Counted from the first letter of the stretch, positions 26,301 through 39,000 are shown. The stretch is 64,000 bases of DNA from Octopus sinensis (GCF_006345805.1 NC_043015.1:38502001-38566000), one strand, 5' to 3'. Notes: a model not told the origin generated them from the sequence alone. Numbers and translations: made by a program.

Positions 26301-28332
26301 CATATGTGCAACCCTAAGAAAACAGAAAGAGGTTACAACCGACAATCAAAAACTAGATCAGACGGAGACACAGAAAGTCAACTTGCAATCAACTTGTTTC
26401 ACATTCTCTTCTACAAAACTCAGAATTAGAATTCAAAACTGCTTCACTCACATTGTTGTCCCAGCTACCAGCGATGAGGTAGGTGGATGGTAACGTGCTT
26501 GGACTGAATTTCACCACAGTAACACTATCATCTGGAGGTGAAGTCACCTAAACACAATGAACAGAAAAGAAAAGAAAAAAAAAGATATCAGCATTTAATA
26601 TCAAAGGTACAAATTTTTAAAATGCAGAGAAAAGTCCAAGGAAACTAAGAGGTGGTCGGCTTTGATGGAGTAGATTTATTATCAAAGACAATCACATCAT
26701 GACCATCCTGGCTTGTTAGTTATCCCCGGCTCAGCCCTGATGAAACAGATTTATTACCAAAGCTATTTCTATCCTTTTATGGTATAGTGTATCTAGAAGT
26801 ACATCACTCAAAGTGACCTAAATTTGACCATACTTTCCAGAATCCTGATTAACCATGTAGATGCACCCCTGTTAATAGATCAGACAGGTGAGTCATGCCC
26901 AACCTTTATTACACATCAAGGAGTCCGAAATAGACCATCACAATCAAATCTGATAATGACAAGGGAGGGAATTCTGTAAACACACTTAACTACCCCCAAC
27001 TCCACCCGCAATAAGCCTTTTTTGTACATTGTTATTTTTGTCCTTTTTACATGTTGGCATGGGTTGGATGAGACACTTTTTGAAGCAGTGTCATGACAGC
27101 CAGATACCCTTCCTCATGTCAACCCTTTTAGCCACTTGGTAAAATAACTGTCGTTATTAAGTCAGTGTTTGGAACATAAATTACCATGAAATTTTAATTT
27201 AAGGTTGTTTTAATTGAGATCACTTTAAGACTGATGATTTGTGTCATTGAAAAAAAGGAGCTCTTACATGGCCATTTTATCTTCTATAAATGGCCACCTA
27301 AGCTCCTTCAAATAAATCACCTTCCACCTAAATTTTATGTAAATTTATGTTAAAATACCATTTTAATAATGAGTGTTATTTTAAAAATTAAGTGAAAGTA
27401 ATTTAAAAAAAGGTTAAAGCATTTAGTGCGAAGTCTGGTGAGTAACAGAACAGGAGGGCTGATAAGTGGGTGCATGGTGGTGGTACATAACTTGCTTAAT
27501 GTAGGGTAAAAGAAGAAACCACCATGGTAGTGAGAGAAGAGGTAGAGAGGACACATGTCAGTGTGCCAATAGTAGTAAGTGAAATTATATAAATCAACCA
27601 AACGGCTTTGGGGAGGGAGAATACAGCCAAAGCTGTATTTTTGCTTTGTTAAGGATCAACTTCTGACTATAATTCAAGAGAAAAGTTGTTCTTAGGAACA
27701 CAGACATCATCATCATCATCATCATTTAACGTCCGCTTTCCATGCTAGCATGGGTTGGACGATTTTGACTAGGGGCTGGCAAACCAGATGGCTGCACCAG
27801 GCTCCAATCTTGATCTGGCAGAGTTTCAACAGCTGGATGCCCTTCCTAACACCAACCACTCCGAGAGTGTAGTGGGTGCATTTTACGTGCCACTGGTACA
27901 GCTTTGACAAATGACTGGCCACCACGAAAGATCAATGTTGTTTAATCCCAGGCCAACGTTGATCGAACAGGTCTACAGTGGAAGACATTCTAACCACCTC
28001 TTGTCTACATCCTGGGCACAGTGCACCAAGGAATACATTCCCCAAAGGTGGCCTTTTTCAAGATGGAAAAGGTACGAGTCGAAAGAGATTTGGTTGATAT
28101 TTCTAGCCAGTGACACGACTACTCAGAAGATGCTTTGCTGCTTAGTTATGAAGAGGAAAAGAGGAAAATGGACAGGGAACAGCTGCTGATGTCAACGGAA
28201 TTAGGCAACCAGATTCACCAAAGTGCAACCTACCTCAATATCCTTCATTGGATTATAGTTGGCTGTATTTGTTCCCATAAACATGTTGCTTCCATCACCT
28301 GTGAAACCGGAAGGAGCTCCAAATATGTTCAT
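17377..28332 (-). CDS. RAE1: mRNA export factor RAE1 (WD40); exons 28332-28234, 26547-26452, 25527-25435, 25012-24926, 24362-24276, 23771-23700, 22110-22003, 21720-21541, 17866-17672, 17469-17377 (1110 nt, 369 aa)
   Basis: Ten phase-0 GT-AG exons give MNIFG...[17 protein letters not shown]...GSWDNN-VRCWEV...[15 protein letters not shown]...[14 protein letters not shown]...[15 protein letters not shown]...FTFKCHR...[34 protein letters not shown]...[12 protein letters not shown], closely matching RAE1/Gle2 as I know it. Confidence 0.97.
18028..19793. mobile_element. Second TTAA-MITE family (CCC[A/T]TTAGCAT...ATGCTAAAGGG) split by a CR1 LINE; other copies at about 6330-6778 and 28452-28620
   Basis: Terminal inverted motifs with TTAA at about 18028 and 19790. 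The two halves are collinear with the copy at about 28452-28620, which is uninterrupted at the equivalent site. Confidence 0.7.
18186..19720 (-). mobile_element. 5'-truncated CR1-clade LINE with RT domain, 3' UTR and (ATT)n tail, in RAE1 intron 8
   Basis: ORF 18263-19501 has [41 protein letters not shown] and TRGH. A frameshifted upstream part (19288-19740) has [13 protein letters not shown] and NYRPVSLTS. Tail at 18186-18213. Confidence 0.92.
25843..26140 (+). mobile_element. tRNA-derived SINE families D/E. Related heads at 42958-43260(+), 46480-46755(-), 52250-52588(-)
   Basis: Heads such as TGGCCCAGTGGTTAGGGC...GGTTTCAATTCCC and TGGCTCAGTGGTTAGAGC...GAGTTCGATTCC followed by shared non-tRNA bodies. 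Confidence 0.75.
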
Positions 28333-30216
28333 TATTTAGAACAACTACAAAGAAAGAAAAATATATGTAATAAATGAGAAAGTAAGAACAAAGTGTTTGC
28401 TAATGAATTTTTAAAAAAATTAAAAGGAGTTTCACTGTTGAAACATTTGTTTAACTCATTAGCATTCAGAAAACTCAGTCAAATGTAAGGCTTATTTATT
28501 GACATTGTGTTGAATTAATCAAGCTTTGTCTCATAGTTTCAGGATTTCAATGATGACATTGTTTCTTTTTAGAATGACATTGCAGGACAGGCGTGAGGTC
28601 AGATCCGACATCATTTGTGCATTTGTACTGGTTTTAAGGTTAGGGTGTTAGGGTTGTCATAAATAACAGTGACAAACGAAATATACACTGCCAATAGTTG
28701 TTGTTGACAAACAACAGCAGTAATTTTATTCAGATGAATACACGCCATTGATTGGTTGAAATTACTGAAATATGACAACTTTAGCATGAAATAACTTCCT
28801 AAATATAAGTTTTTCTCAAAAATGCTAAGAGTAAAAGATGCTTTATATGACACATTCTACCAGTGTCCAAAGTTTGAAAGCATTTAGTTACAAAAAATAA
28901 TTTTTTAAAATCTGTCGGTCAAAAGGTAAAGATGCCAAAATGCCTTGTGGAAATTAGTCCTGGCTATTTTCCCAGCACAAATCCTGCCTAGGATCTTTTG
29001 AGGATCAATAAAAAAAGATTCCCAAACAAATACTGAGATTAATTGAATGCCCTCCTCCTCCTCCACCAGATTTGTGGTTTTGTGTCTAGATTACAAATCC
29101 TCACATCCAATTGTATAAAGGCTTTCGCTCCCTGTTTCTATTTTACAAACTTGATCTGCCCCACAGGTTTTGTTAAACCCTTGAATCTCATCATTTTATA
29201 TTCTTGTATGTCTGACTGAAATTTTAACATAATTGCCCTCAGAAGCTAAGTATAAGAATTATTATTACTGTAATTAAACAATGACATAGAAAAAAAATTT
29301 TCAAATTGTAACAGTTATTACAAAAAATTTAGAAACAAAAATTAAGTTCAGTTCAATAAAAACAAGAAAATAGTAAAGAATTTCTTTCAAGTAAAGAGAG
29401 AAGGGAGGGAGATAATTAATTGTACCTGAAAGGAGAAAACTTGCAATACCCAGTAAAATTGGACAGAGAAGCTAGCCAATACGGAAGCAAAAGATTAGCT
29501 AAAATGGTTCAGATTGGTTACACAAAATCAATACCTGATCAATAAGAATTACAAAAGCAAAGTAACTAAACAAAGGCGATTAGGTTATGCTTCCTTGATT
29601 AAATTCAAAAACAAGACCATTTGATTAGTTACTACATTGACTCAGTAACTTCGACCGCTAGCTCAGACACAGCTTCCTCTATTACCACAACACTCTGTCC
29701 TGAACTGCTCACCCTCAAGCTATCCAAGCCCAGCAATCTCCCTTTGGTGCCCTACCCACCAGCTTTCTTCCCTAAATCTGCTATTCCCATCCTACCCACT
29801 TTTTCCTGCAAACATTGACACACAGACATTCAAGCTGACTCTCAAATACATCAAACTCCCCAATCTGGCAAAACTTGAAAAAATGATAGCCCAGGGACTG
29901 CCCTTCTTTTGATACTTCCAATAAAAGCCTGTCTGAAATAGCCCCAAGTTCAAATGATACAAATCCCCAGTTTTAAAGTGATTCAAATTAAAACTTTACA
30001 TCAAAATTTCATTGTAATTTATGTTCCAGACACCAACTTAATGGCAAAGTTATTTTACCAAATTCTTCCTAACTTTCAAAATTAATTGAACAAAGAACAT
30101 TTTGGCAGAAACATGGTAACAAAAGAATTGAAGAATGCAGTCAACACCCAAAAACATCATTTCTAGTCTGATGGAATAAATTTAAGGGAATAATTGAAGT
30201 AACTTGTATTAATCTA

Positions 30217-30909
30217 TCAGGAAATAAACTGATGCTTCGTGTCAGGGTCGTATCCATAGACCCAACTCTCATCACCAGTGATGATGCACAACTTGGAGGA
30301 GGAGTCATCAGCAGCAGCATGCCAATGGAGATCTTGATGTGATGTTCTTTCTACTCAGTCGTACTCAGCAGGTGGGGAACAAACTGGACAGAGACATGCT
30401 GCATGTTCAATTCAGATGTCAGGATTGCCTGCACAGACCCACACAACATCAGCAATGTCTTTGGTTGTCCTCTGACGACCCTCGTGCACAAGCTGATGAA
30501 TTCTCTCCACGTTTCCAAGGCCGACACTCATGGCAAGTCTTCCACATCACTCATCGTCTTCAAAGGATATTCTTTTGCATTTGAAATGCCCATGCTGCTC
30601 AAAACACTGCATACGACCCATTGTCTCATCACTGTAGCGGCATGCTCAATGTCTCTGTAGCAGACTTCCCAGGTTTAACACAGAATTTCACATTGAGTCT
30701 TTGTTCTTATCCATCACAAAATCGCAGACTACAGAATACACATGATCACAGAAAACACTAATTTCACAACCTGCCAAGTAAACACAGTAATATCACTCAG
30801 CACACTGCCTCACGAAGGTCACTGCTAGCTTTCATTGAGCGTGCAACCATGTGCTGCCATCTGTTGGCGCGTTACAGAACTAGTCTGGTAACTTTTTGAT
30901 ACCACCTCA
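30217..30909 (-). mobile_element. Truncated mariner transposon (5' half)
   Basis: The minus strand starts TA|TGAGGTGGTATCAAAAAGT and encodes EQRLNVKFCVKxGKS- and IITGDESWVYGYDP-like transposase segments with frameshifts. Confidence 0.85.
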
Positions 30910-32151
30910 TACTAACAAGTTAGAAAATGAAGGACACATTGGATAACACTTTAAAAAAAAACATAAGGTGGATCTGCTTAATTAGAGCTGAACAACAAAG
31001 TTTATCTCAGTAAAAAGGACTCAAAGATAACAGCCATAACTAAACAATGCAAATCTCTTTTTTTTTTTTGGTCATTCTGTTGACCAAATAATACCAATTC
31101 TCCATAATGACATCATATCGTAAATCTATAAGAGAAGAGTCTGGTCATCTGAAGTGTCTCCAGAACATAGTATTTATCTTATTCATCCCCGGGGGGGATG
31201 AAATACAAATTGAAAAATCAGAATCTAAAATTTCTTCGTGCCAAAAGCAATGGACCCCTAATGTTACATATCAGACAGTGTTTGTCCATAAGAATTCAAA
31301 TCCTGCATTCCAATTACGTTTCAGTAGACACACCGATTCTGATCGACAATATTTACTCTCTTGCCAAATCTGGCCATGCGACAGGGTGAAAGCGAAATTG
31401 CAATTAATAATGTCGCGGCGTCACCGAAGACTATTTAGATTTCCTAATAATTCATAGAATTTCATTCTTTCCCCTTTTACTACAACAATAGTGAAGCCCC
31501 AACCCCGTTGGTGAATAAGCCAAGTGTCAATAAAATAGCAGCGCCAATATATAATTATAGATATTCAAGAAATTATTATTATTCAGTTTGGATAATGTGA
31601 AGAAGGAAAAAAATGGCAGAAATGAAACGTTTGTTGCCTTATTTTTTCTTGCAGCCTGGAAATATGAGAAATGCCAAATTAACAAACACGCACTTGTTTA
31701 TAATGAGATCTAAGGAAGGAGCGAACCTACAACACTTTCTTCCATTCTACAAACACCGATCGCGAAAATAACAATCGTTTTATTTCAATAACAACGAATT
31801 TGCCACAAAATCAACGAAGAGAAATATTAGAAGAATACAAAATCGCACAAATGAGGATAATAATAATAATAATAATAGTCGTTTTGGTATCAATGATCTT
31901 TTTTTTTTTTCAGAAAATGCTGCTGGTCTGCTATGTTTCGGGTGGATGGGGTTGTTTAAAAAGAACAAAATTACACAAAATGAGAAACGTGATGGACCAT
32001 TCATTGATCGATCGATTTCCAAGTGAAATTTGTGAAAAGAGAAAGTTGGCGCTTACCCGAAACAGGTTGTCAGATATCACGGATGGGCCACTTACCTCCT
32101 CTCTCTGGTTAATTGATGTAAGCGACCCAAGATTTCAGAAAGGGTGAGACT

Positions 32152-32395
32152 GACAGAGAAAGAGAGAAACAAGAGCGAGAGAAAGGGATAGGAGAAAGGA
32201 GGAGACGAGATAGAGAGGGTGAAAGGGACAGGAGAGATGAGACGAGATAGAGAGGGTGAAAGAGAGAGAGAGAAAGGGACAGGAGAGATGAGACGAGATA
32301 GAGAGGGTGAAAAAGAGAAAGAGCGAGCGAGAGAAAGGGACTTGAGAGATGAGGAGACGAGATAGAGAGGGTGAAAGAGAGAGAGAGAGAGAGCG
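32152..32395. repeat. Purine-strand GA-rich minisatellite with four GAGACGAGATAGAGAGGGTGAAA units
   Basis: Seen directly. Confidence 0.85.
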
Positions 32396-33299
32396 ATGAT
32401 ATTATTACTGCCGCTATGACTTATGAGATAGCCTCCATTTGAAGCTAGAAACAGCAGCCACATTTCCCTAAATCCCTACCATACAGTCTTATAAAAGGGC
32501 GGGAGCAGTGATCAGTGTATGCCATGAAATGTCAGAAGACGGGATGGTTAAGAGCTGAAATGGATTTAGTTGATCTATATCGTGTTAAGTCAGGGCTAAC
32601 CTGGATTTTAAACAACAGGAACTGTGTACAAATAAAATTCTACACCATCAAACCATCTTTTAGAGTCAGGGAGCCAACAAAATCCCTGTCAAATATTGGG
32701 TCCTGTTCTCTCTCTCTCTGAATCGGTCACGTTGCTCTGCGAAGAGAGTCGTGGGAGAAACCCTTACAGAATATCACTTATTGTCAAGAAATGGAGAATA
32801 GTTTATTACATTTTTAATACCTATTACACATTTTTTTTTTTTTTTGGTGGCCGAGCGTTAAAGTAAACATTTTGCCAATTAATGTATATTTTAAATACTA
32901 TTTCAAGCAAAACTACTTGGATATTTGGGGGAATCTAGATAAAATATTTTTATATGAAGGAAGCAGAAACTACTCGCGGGTTTTATAGTTCGGGATTTTA
33001 AGGATTGGAACAACCATCAACAAGGGTTTAGAGAATCATTGCAAAGAGGAAGCAAACGCGAGGAATTTTTAGACATTTGTAAAATAAGATACAAAAGTTC
33101 CGGGAGAAATGCGACTCCCTTCAACTCTCATTCAAAAATTATCAAAACATTTCTAATTAAAACTTGGCTTCTCACAACATGCCAACTCATTTTAGTAATT
33201 TTATTAACTATGTTGACGACCCCGACCATGAATAGTCCTTTTCGGATTTCATTTGTTTTAATATTATTTTATTTATTGTAATTAAAAAGTTTGCAGTTA

Positions 33300-33480
33300 A
33301 TTAAAACAGAAAACCTAAGTCTTTGCGAGGCCGCTTACATCACAGCTCCACGCACCGACACCGCTATATTCGTGTACATAAGCGGCCGTCCAATTAAGCT
33401 CCGTCCCAGGAAAGAGGGAAGTTGAGTGGCTTTGATGATTAATTCACGTCGAGTTGTTACACGTCTAATTACCAACATGT
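33300..33480. promoter_or_regulatory. Probable bidirectional promoter shared by RAE1 (-) and TATDN1 (+)
   Basis: CpG-rich island just upstream of the TATDN1 ATG. A minus-strand donor GAT|GTAAGC at 33338 and a pyrimidine tract (TTCCCTCTTTCC) near 33420 could define RAE1 exon 1. Confidence 0.55.
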
Positions 33481-35994
33481 TCAAGTTTATTGGTAGGTTC
33501 TTCATTCACTCTAGCTTTATAACAAAGAAATCAGAAAAACTATTATTGGCCTTAGTAATTTCGTACCGGTACGTTTTGGGTTGAAATCCTGTCGAAGCGG
33601 AGTTTCCCTTCCCAGCTTTCTGAAGTCGTTAAAATAAAATTAAGAATCAGTCAAATACCAAAGTGGATTTAATGTTACATAGCATCCTAGATGCGAACAG
33701 AGGTATAATAGACTAACCCTTTCCCTAAATAGGTGGCTTTGTGCATGTGTTTGGTAGGAATACGATTAAAATCGCCAACATTGCACCAAATTGGTTGATT
33801 AATTCCACGGGAATATCGCTGTAATTGAATGAAAATGTGATTGTGTAGAGTCTAAAGCTTCTGAAAGTACAGGGACACAAAGAAAGTGAAATTTTGCCGA
33901 TGAAACTGATTGAAGGCCATGAAAAGCACAGGGAAACACAATGTGGCAGATATCACCAGGACCGGTTAATTAGAAGATGGAAAACTGACGTTAAATGAAT
34001 GATTAATGATGATAATTAAAAGCGTACTACATAGTAACAAGTAAACATTGACGGCGACCTTTAACGTCACACTGACTAGAAACAGTTAACAGTAACGACT
34101 GTGGACCCTTGATGTACTACCAATATGATAAAGACACCCGAATTTTGGGAGTCAAACTTAATAGTCTGACATAAGGCACACACAGACTCGCATATAAATG
34201 ACGCGAATGGAGATAAAAACTGAAGAAATGGCTCAGACCGACCACCTTGATACTAGTCGATAAGTCGACTTATTTACATCAAGAACACATTGTATAAGGT
34301 TGTCTTAGCCGTGTAACAGGTTTCGGTCCCTCTTCGTGAGTATTAGCAACGTTAGTGAAGTGAGATGAAGCAAAACCCGAGCAGTAAGACTCGGCTCGGT
34401 AACAAAGCCGACAGAGAATTGAGAATTCGTCGTGGTTCTTCTGTCTAAAGAATATTAACGACATCCTGTGAAATTGCTAGGAAAGTGGAAGAAAACTTCT
34501 AAAACCAGGCACACAGTGGTTAGGGTTAGTTTTAGGGCTGGGGTTTTTGTTACGCCGAAAACCGGTGGTGTACGTATTCTTTACCTCCACCACATGAACA
34601 CACGAACCAAAGAGAGCATTCTATACTAGTGGATGTCAACCATTATAATATTCGAGCCAGGTTAAAAACTTGGGAGCCTTTTAAAGGGTTGCAACAAAAA
34701 AGAAAAAAATGAAAGTCAATTAAGAGAAAATTGGCGGAGTTTCGGATCAGTTTATTAAATTTATAGAGAGTCGGAAGGATGTTTGAGGAACGCATGCGGT
34801 CATGAGCCACGGTTGATCGCTGCCTACACGGTCGCCCAAACAGCTAAATTGGATGCTGTGATCTGAAATACGCTGCACCGAGAAAAAGACGAGATGGTCA
34901 CGATCTGAGTGTCTTTGACCATAGGTTTCTAGAACCAAGATGATCTGGGTTTAATATAACATACGACTCGCCCAAAAGGTAATCGTTTACCATTGGGTAA
35001 AGATTTACCGGTAATTGTCTTCTAGTCGAGTGTCTGAGTGACGTGATGGCCAAGGTTAGAATACCTTTGTGCATAGTTCGGTGACAAACCTTTATTAAAA
35101 TGAATACAGCTTTTTTTTATAATTTTTGCTGGGCCTTTTGTAAACCATAGCTGTTGAAGCTTTTGTTTAGTGTAAGAGGAAGCATGAAAAGTTGTAACAT
35201 TCTTGCATTTTCTAAGAATCAACGGTTTCTGAATGAAGTGAACTACCTTGAAACCCAAATTCTAAACACATAAAAGAAAAACCACTGATCGAAACAGGCC
35301 CTCATTGAGAATAGCACACATACAGCCACCATAATTTATGTTCAAAGGAAATATTCGAAATGAATTTGTGATGTTTACGCTTTTCTCCTAGAGCATCGTC
35401 AACATAATTGATGCAAAGCGGTTACAACCAAGAATTGAAACCGTGGTGTATATATTACAGCATCAACACTCGATTGATATACTCAAACTTAAAACGTATC
35501 GAGCCATATTTTTAAGGGAGCTGTATTTAATAGAGTGATAGGAAAACATTGAAATAAGGGCCAGTGTGTTTTCGAAAAGATATACTGATGCCGAAACAAT
35601 AAAATTTAAAAGTCGCCCCGGACAGGATTTGAACTTATAACGTAAAGGGACAAAACAGAAAACTAAACAAGGCTGTTCTGAAACCGAAGATGGGAATGTC
35701 TGTAGCATGTCGGTTGTACACACGTGGTGATCAATTTGTTGGGGAGAGAGAGAAACAAATTGTAAATGGCTATTATAATTTATATAATTAAAAGAAAGCT
35801 AAAATGAAGTTTAGGAACAAATGAAAAAATAATAATAAAGTAACTTGAAATTTTTTTTAATCAGTTTCTCTCTTTAATTCGTTTTAGCCATCTTTCCTTT
35901 GTAGTCAGTAATTAACCAGATAGGAAATTAGCTGCAAAGTTTTATTAATTACAAATCAGTTTAGTTTTTAAAAATCTATTTGTATAAAAGCGTG

Positions 35995-36031
<37 letters not shown>

Positions 36032-39000
36032 CTTTACTACTTGAGAAGAGATGTTGGAATACACAAAATTGTTTTTCTCAAATAATCTCGGAAGTAATTC
36101 TTCTCTAATAATCTTCATTCCGAATTACATAAAAGCATTCAACTTTTTTTTATTTTAGCGTACTGTAAATTCGTTATCACCACATTCACATTAGTAGGTT
36201 TGAGTGTACATGATTATATGTTTGAACATCAGTCATAATAATATACACCCTCGAAAACGTATATCTACAAAGTGTCATTAAAAAAAGGATTCAAGTTGAA
36301 GAAAGTTACGAGAAAACAGAGTTGGGGGAGAGTGAGAAAAGAAAAGGAATTCTAGTCCAAATCTGGCATTTTGTTTCTTTCATTTCAAAATAATTTTCTG
36401 ACGATTTAAGGGAGGTTTAACTGTCGTTTCTTGCACATCCCACGACCACCACGTACCTTCCTCGTTTGTTTGTCATTTTGAACATCTGTAACGATTGGGG
36501 GGGGGATTTTCTTTTTGCATGCGAGGTCCAGTATGTAGAACACAAATTCGCAAAAATTTTCTGAAAATACCAAAAATTAAAAGTTATGACCGATTTACAT
36601 GGTATGCTTCGATCTCTTAGATAGGATCTAGGCTGGGTGCATTTAAACTTTTTGAATTTGGATTTCAAAAATTATAAAACAGAAACAAATAGCAAATTTG
36701 GACTGACTGTGTTTTAATACTGTGACTAAAAAAATTCGAAAAGAGAGTGAAAATTTATGAGGTCGGGGATTAGAGAAAATCTTTTCATAACCAAACAAAT
36801 TCGCAAAAACCAGAAAAGTTCTGCAGGGTTATATGGTGCACTGCGATCAGAATCCCTCCGAAGATGCTATGTAATCGATATAATCGTAATCTACACTCTA
36901 AAAACGTATCTTTGTAAAATATCACTCAAAAATATGCATTTTGAAGAGCATAAAAAAAAAAAACTAAGTCGGGAGCTCTAATGTGTAGTTATGCCTTTAT
37001 ATATATAGTCAAAGCTCCTGTCGCGTACGGATCGTCCAGTTTCGCTTTTCGCCAAACCAATTCCGGTTTTTATACAACCCAATCAATCACAGACACAAAC
37101 CACCAAATGCTAGCAACACATGCAGCCCAGAGAATCCCCACTAATTCGATTTTGTTCAATATATTCCTAGAAAAATGAAATTAACGGAAGGCAATGCCGA
37201 AATATTACTGAATCGTCTTACCGTCTTCTTTAAGATTATAATAGTCTTCATTTGAATTTAAGAATTACAACTTCGGAATTAATTATTATTATTATTGAGA
37301 AATTTCTTCTAAATGTTTTAAACAACCAAAAAGGTGGGGGAGAGGTATTTACCCCAGATCTTTACTAATTGTTCAGGGAGATCTGATTGCTATTTCCAGC
37401 AGATAGAATGACCACTCATTTTCCAAACAATATCAAACACTTCATTAAAAAAATTTTTTTTATCAAGTTTCGGTCTCTTATGTTAAAAAAAAAAGGTTCT
37501 TTCCATCTTTGTTATAAATATTTGAGAAAGATAGTGGTGGTGGATGGGTTCGCTAGCTCAATACTGAGAGATATTTGACTGCTATTTCTAGCAGAGTGAG
37601 CCTCCCTGAAGAGTGAACAGAACTGTTGTAGTTTATGGCCAGACCAGCTCTGGTTAATGCAGAATTACGATCAAAGGTAATTCAACCGTAATCACCCACC
37701 TTAATTTCAATCACAAGATAATGTAGTCCTCAAGGATGTTTCGGGTGCGATTTCAGAGATTTGGCTGCTATTTTTAACAAGTCGAACAACCACACAGGGA
37801 CAGGCCCCTCCGGAAAGATTAGTCTTTTGTTCTCAAATAAATGATTATTATTAACTACTACTATTAATACAGCCACCGCAGTGGATAACTATTATGAAGT
37901 TTATACATTAATCAGTTTAACTGCCACGCTGCCTTGTTGTTCGAGTTAGTTTTAATTTAATTAATTAAATAGAGTCACTTTAAAACTTGTTTTTTTGTTT
38001 ATTTACAAAAGTCTAGAAGTTAGTAATGGGTTTTATTTATAAACAGGACACGAAAAAAAAACCTGTAACAGCTAAAGGAAAATATTCTTAGAATGAACAA
38101 ACGAAGACTTGATTCTTAAAACTGTTTAGATTTGTGTAGAAACGAAGTTTTAATCAAATCCTTCCTTGACTACAAGGAAAGGTACAGCAGATATATATTT
38201 ATAAACAAGTGAAAAGGTCCCGTCTCGATTCTTGCAGAGGAGACATTCCGTCATCAAAATATTTACAAGAAGTGTGGAAGTGTGGCATTCGTTTCTTCTT
38301 ACTTCCAAGGCCATTCAAATAAGCTTCTTTTTTTTTTTTTGCTTTTAAGAAATATGTCGAACTATTTCGCAAAGCATAACACGACGTATAAAGAGTTCCT
38401 ATTCAAGGATCAGAAAGGCCTGAGAAGATTTTAAAAGAGAGATTAGATGAATGGAGAGACCAAGATTTTTTTAAATAAAAAATATTGTTGCCGTTGTTTG
38501 TTTAACACCAGGTCAACTCAGAGTGAGTACAACCTGTGATCATAGTTCCATCAAATCACGACTGTCCCGTCGTTGTAAAAGTAATATCATAAGGACTCAC
38601 ATAATTAGATAAGTCCTTTCTTGTTTAGGAAAGTGGAGTGGGACTTGGCTATTATTTTTAGCAGGTCTAGCGATTACCTAGAGGAGCGGTTCTTCGCCGC
38701 TGCACGCTCCCAGGGCAGAATGCAGCCCTCAAAAATCCTTCCAGCACCCCACTCACCCCCGATGGTCTTCTCTCTATAAATAAGTCTTTTTTTTTTTTTG
38801 TGCGACCCCCTAAAAAAAAAAAGGTTTTTGGATCTGGCCCGAATATTAAAAAGGTTAAGAAACCAATAATCTCGAAGCTTCCTCGTGGTTACATTGTTGC
38901 TATCGGCGGTAGTGATGGTGCATTATGTGGCACTGACCGGGGATCGAAACCGGTCACCAATGAAACGAAAAAAAAATCACATAAATAAAAATCAAAAATT

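Noticed and set aside
30214-30278. Apparent C/D snoRNA on the minus strand (GTGATGA...CTGA...CTGA)
   Set aside because: Fully explained as mariner coding sequence IITGDESWVYGYDPDTKHQ.
34770-34960. 7SK-like GGATG start with several GATC motifs
   Set aside because: Motif spacing, the 3' stem and Pol III promoter positions do not fit.
37060-37260. Minus-strand mini-gene [10 protein letters not shown]|EYIEQN...CMCC* or a TM-like frame
   Set aside because: It needs a 55-nt intron, resembles no known protein, and the hydrophobic frame cannot be reached from the upstream exon.
38720-38800. Partial U12 snRNA resemblance
   Set aside because: Lacks the branch-point pairing sequence GAGUAAGGAAAA and the following hairpin.
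38874-38892. 13-nt match to U3 snoRNA (AACCACGAGGAAG, minus strand)
   Set aside because: No boxes A, B, C or D at the expected positions.
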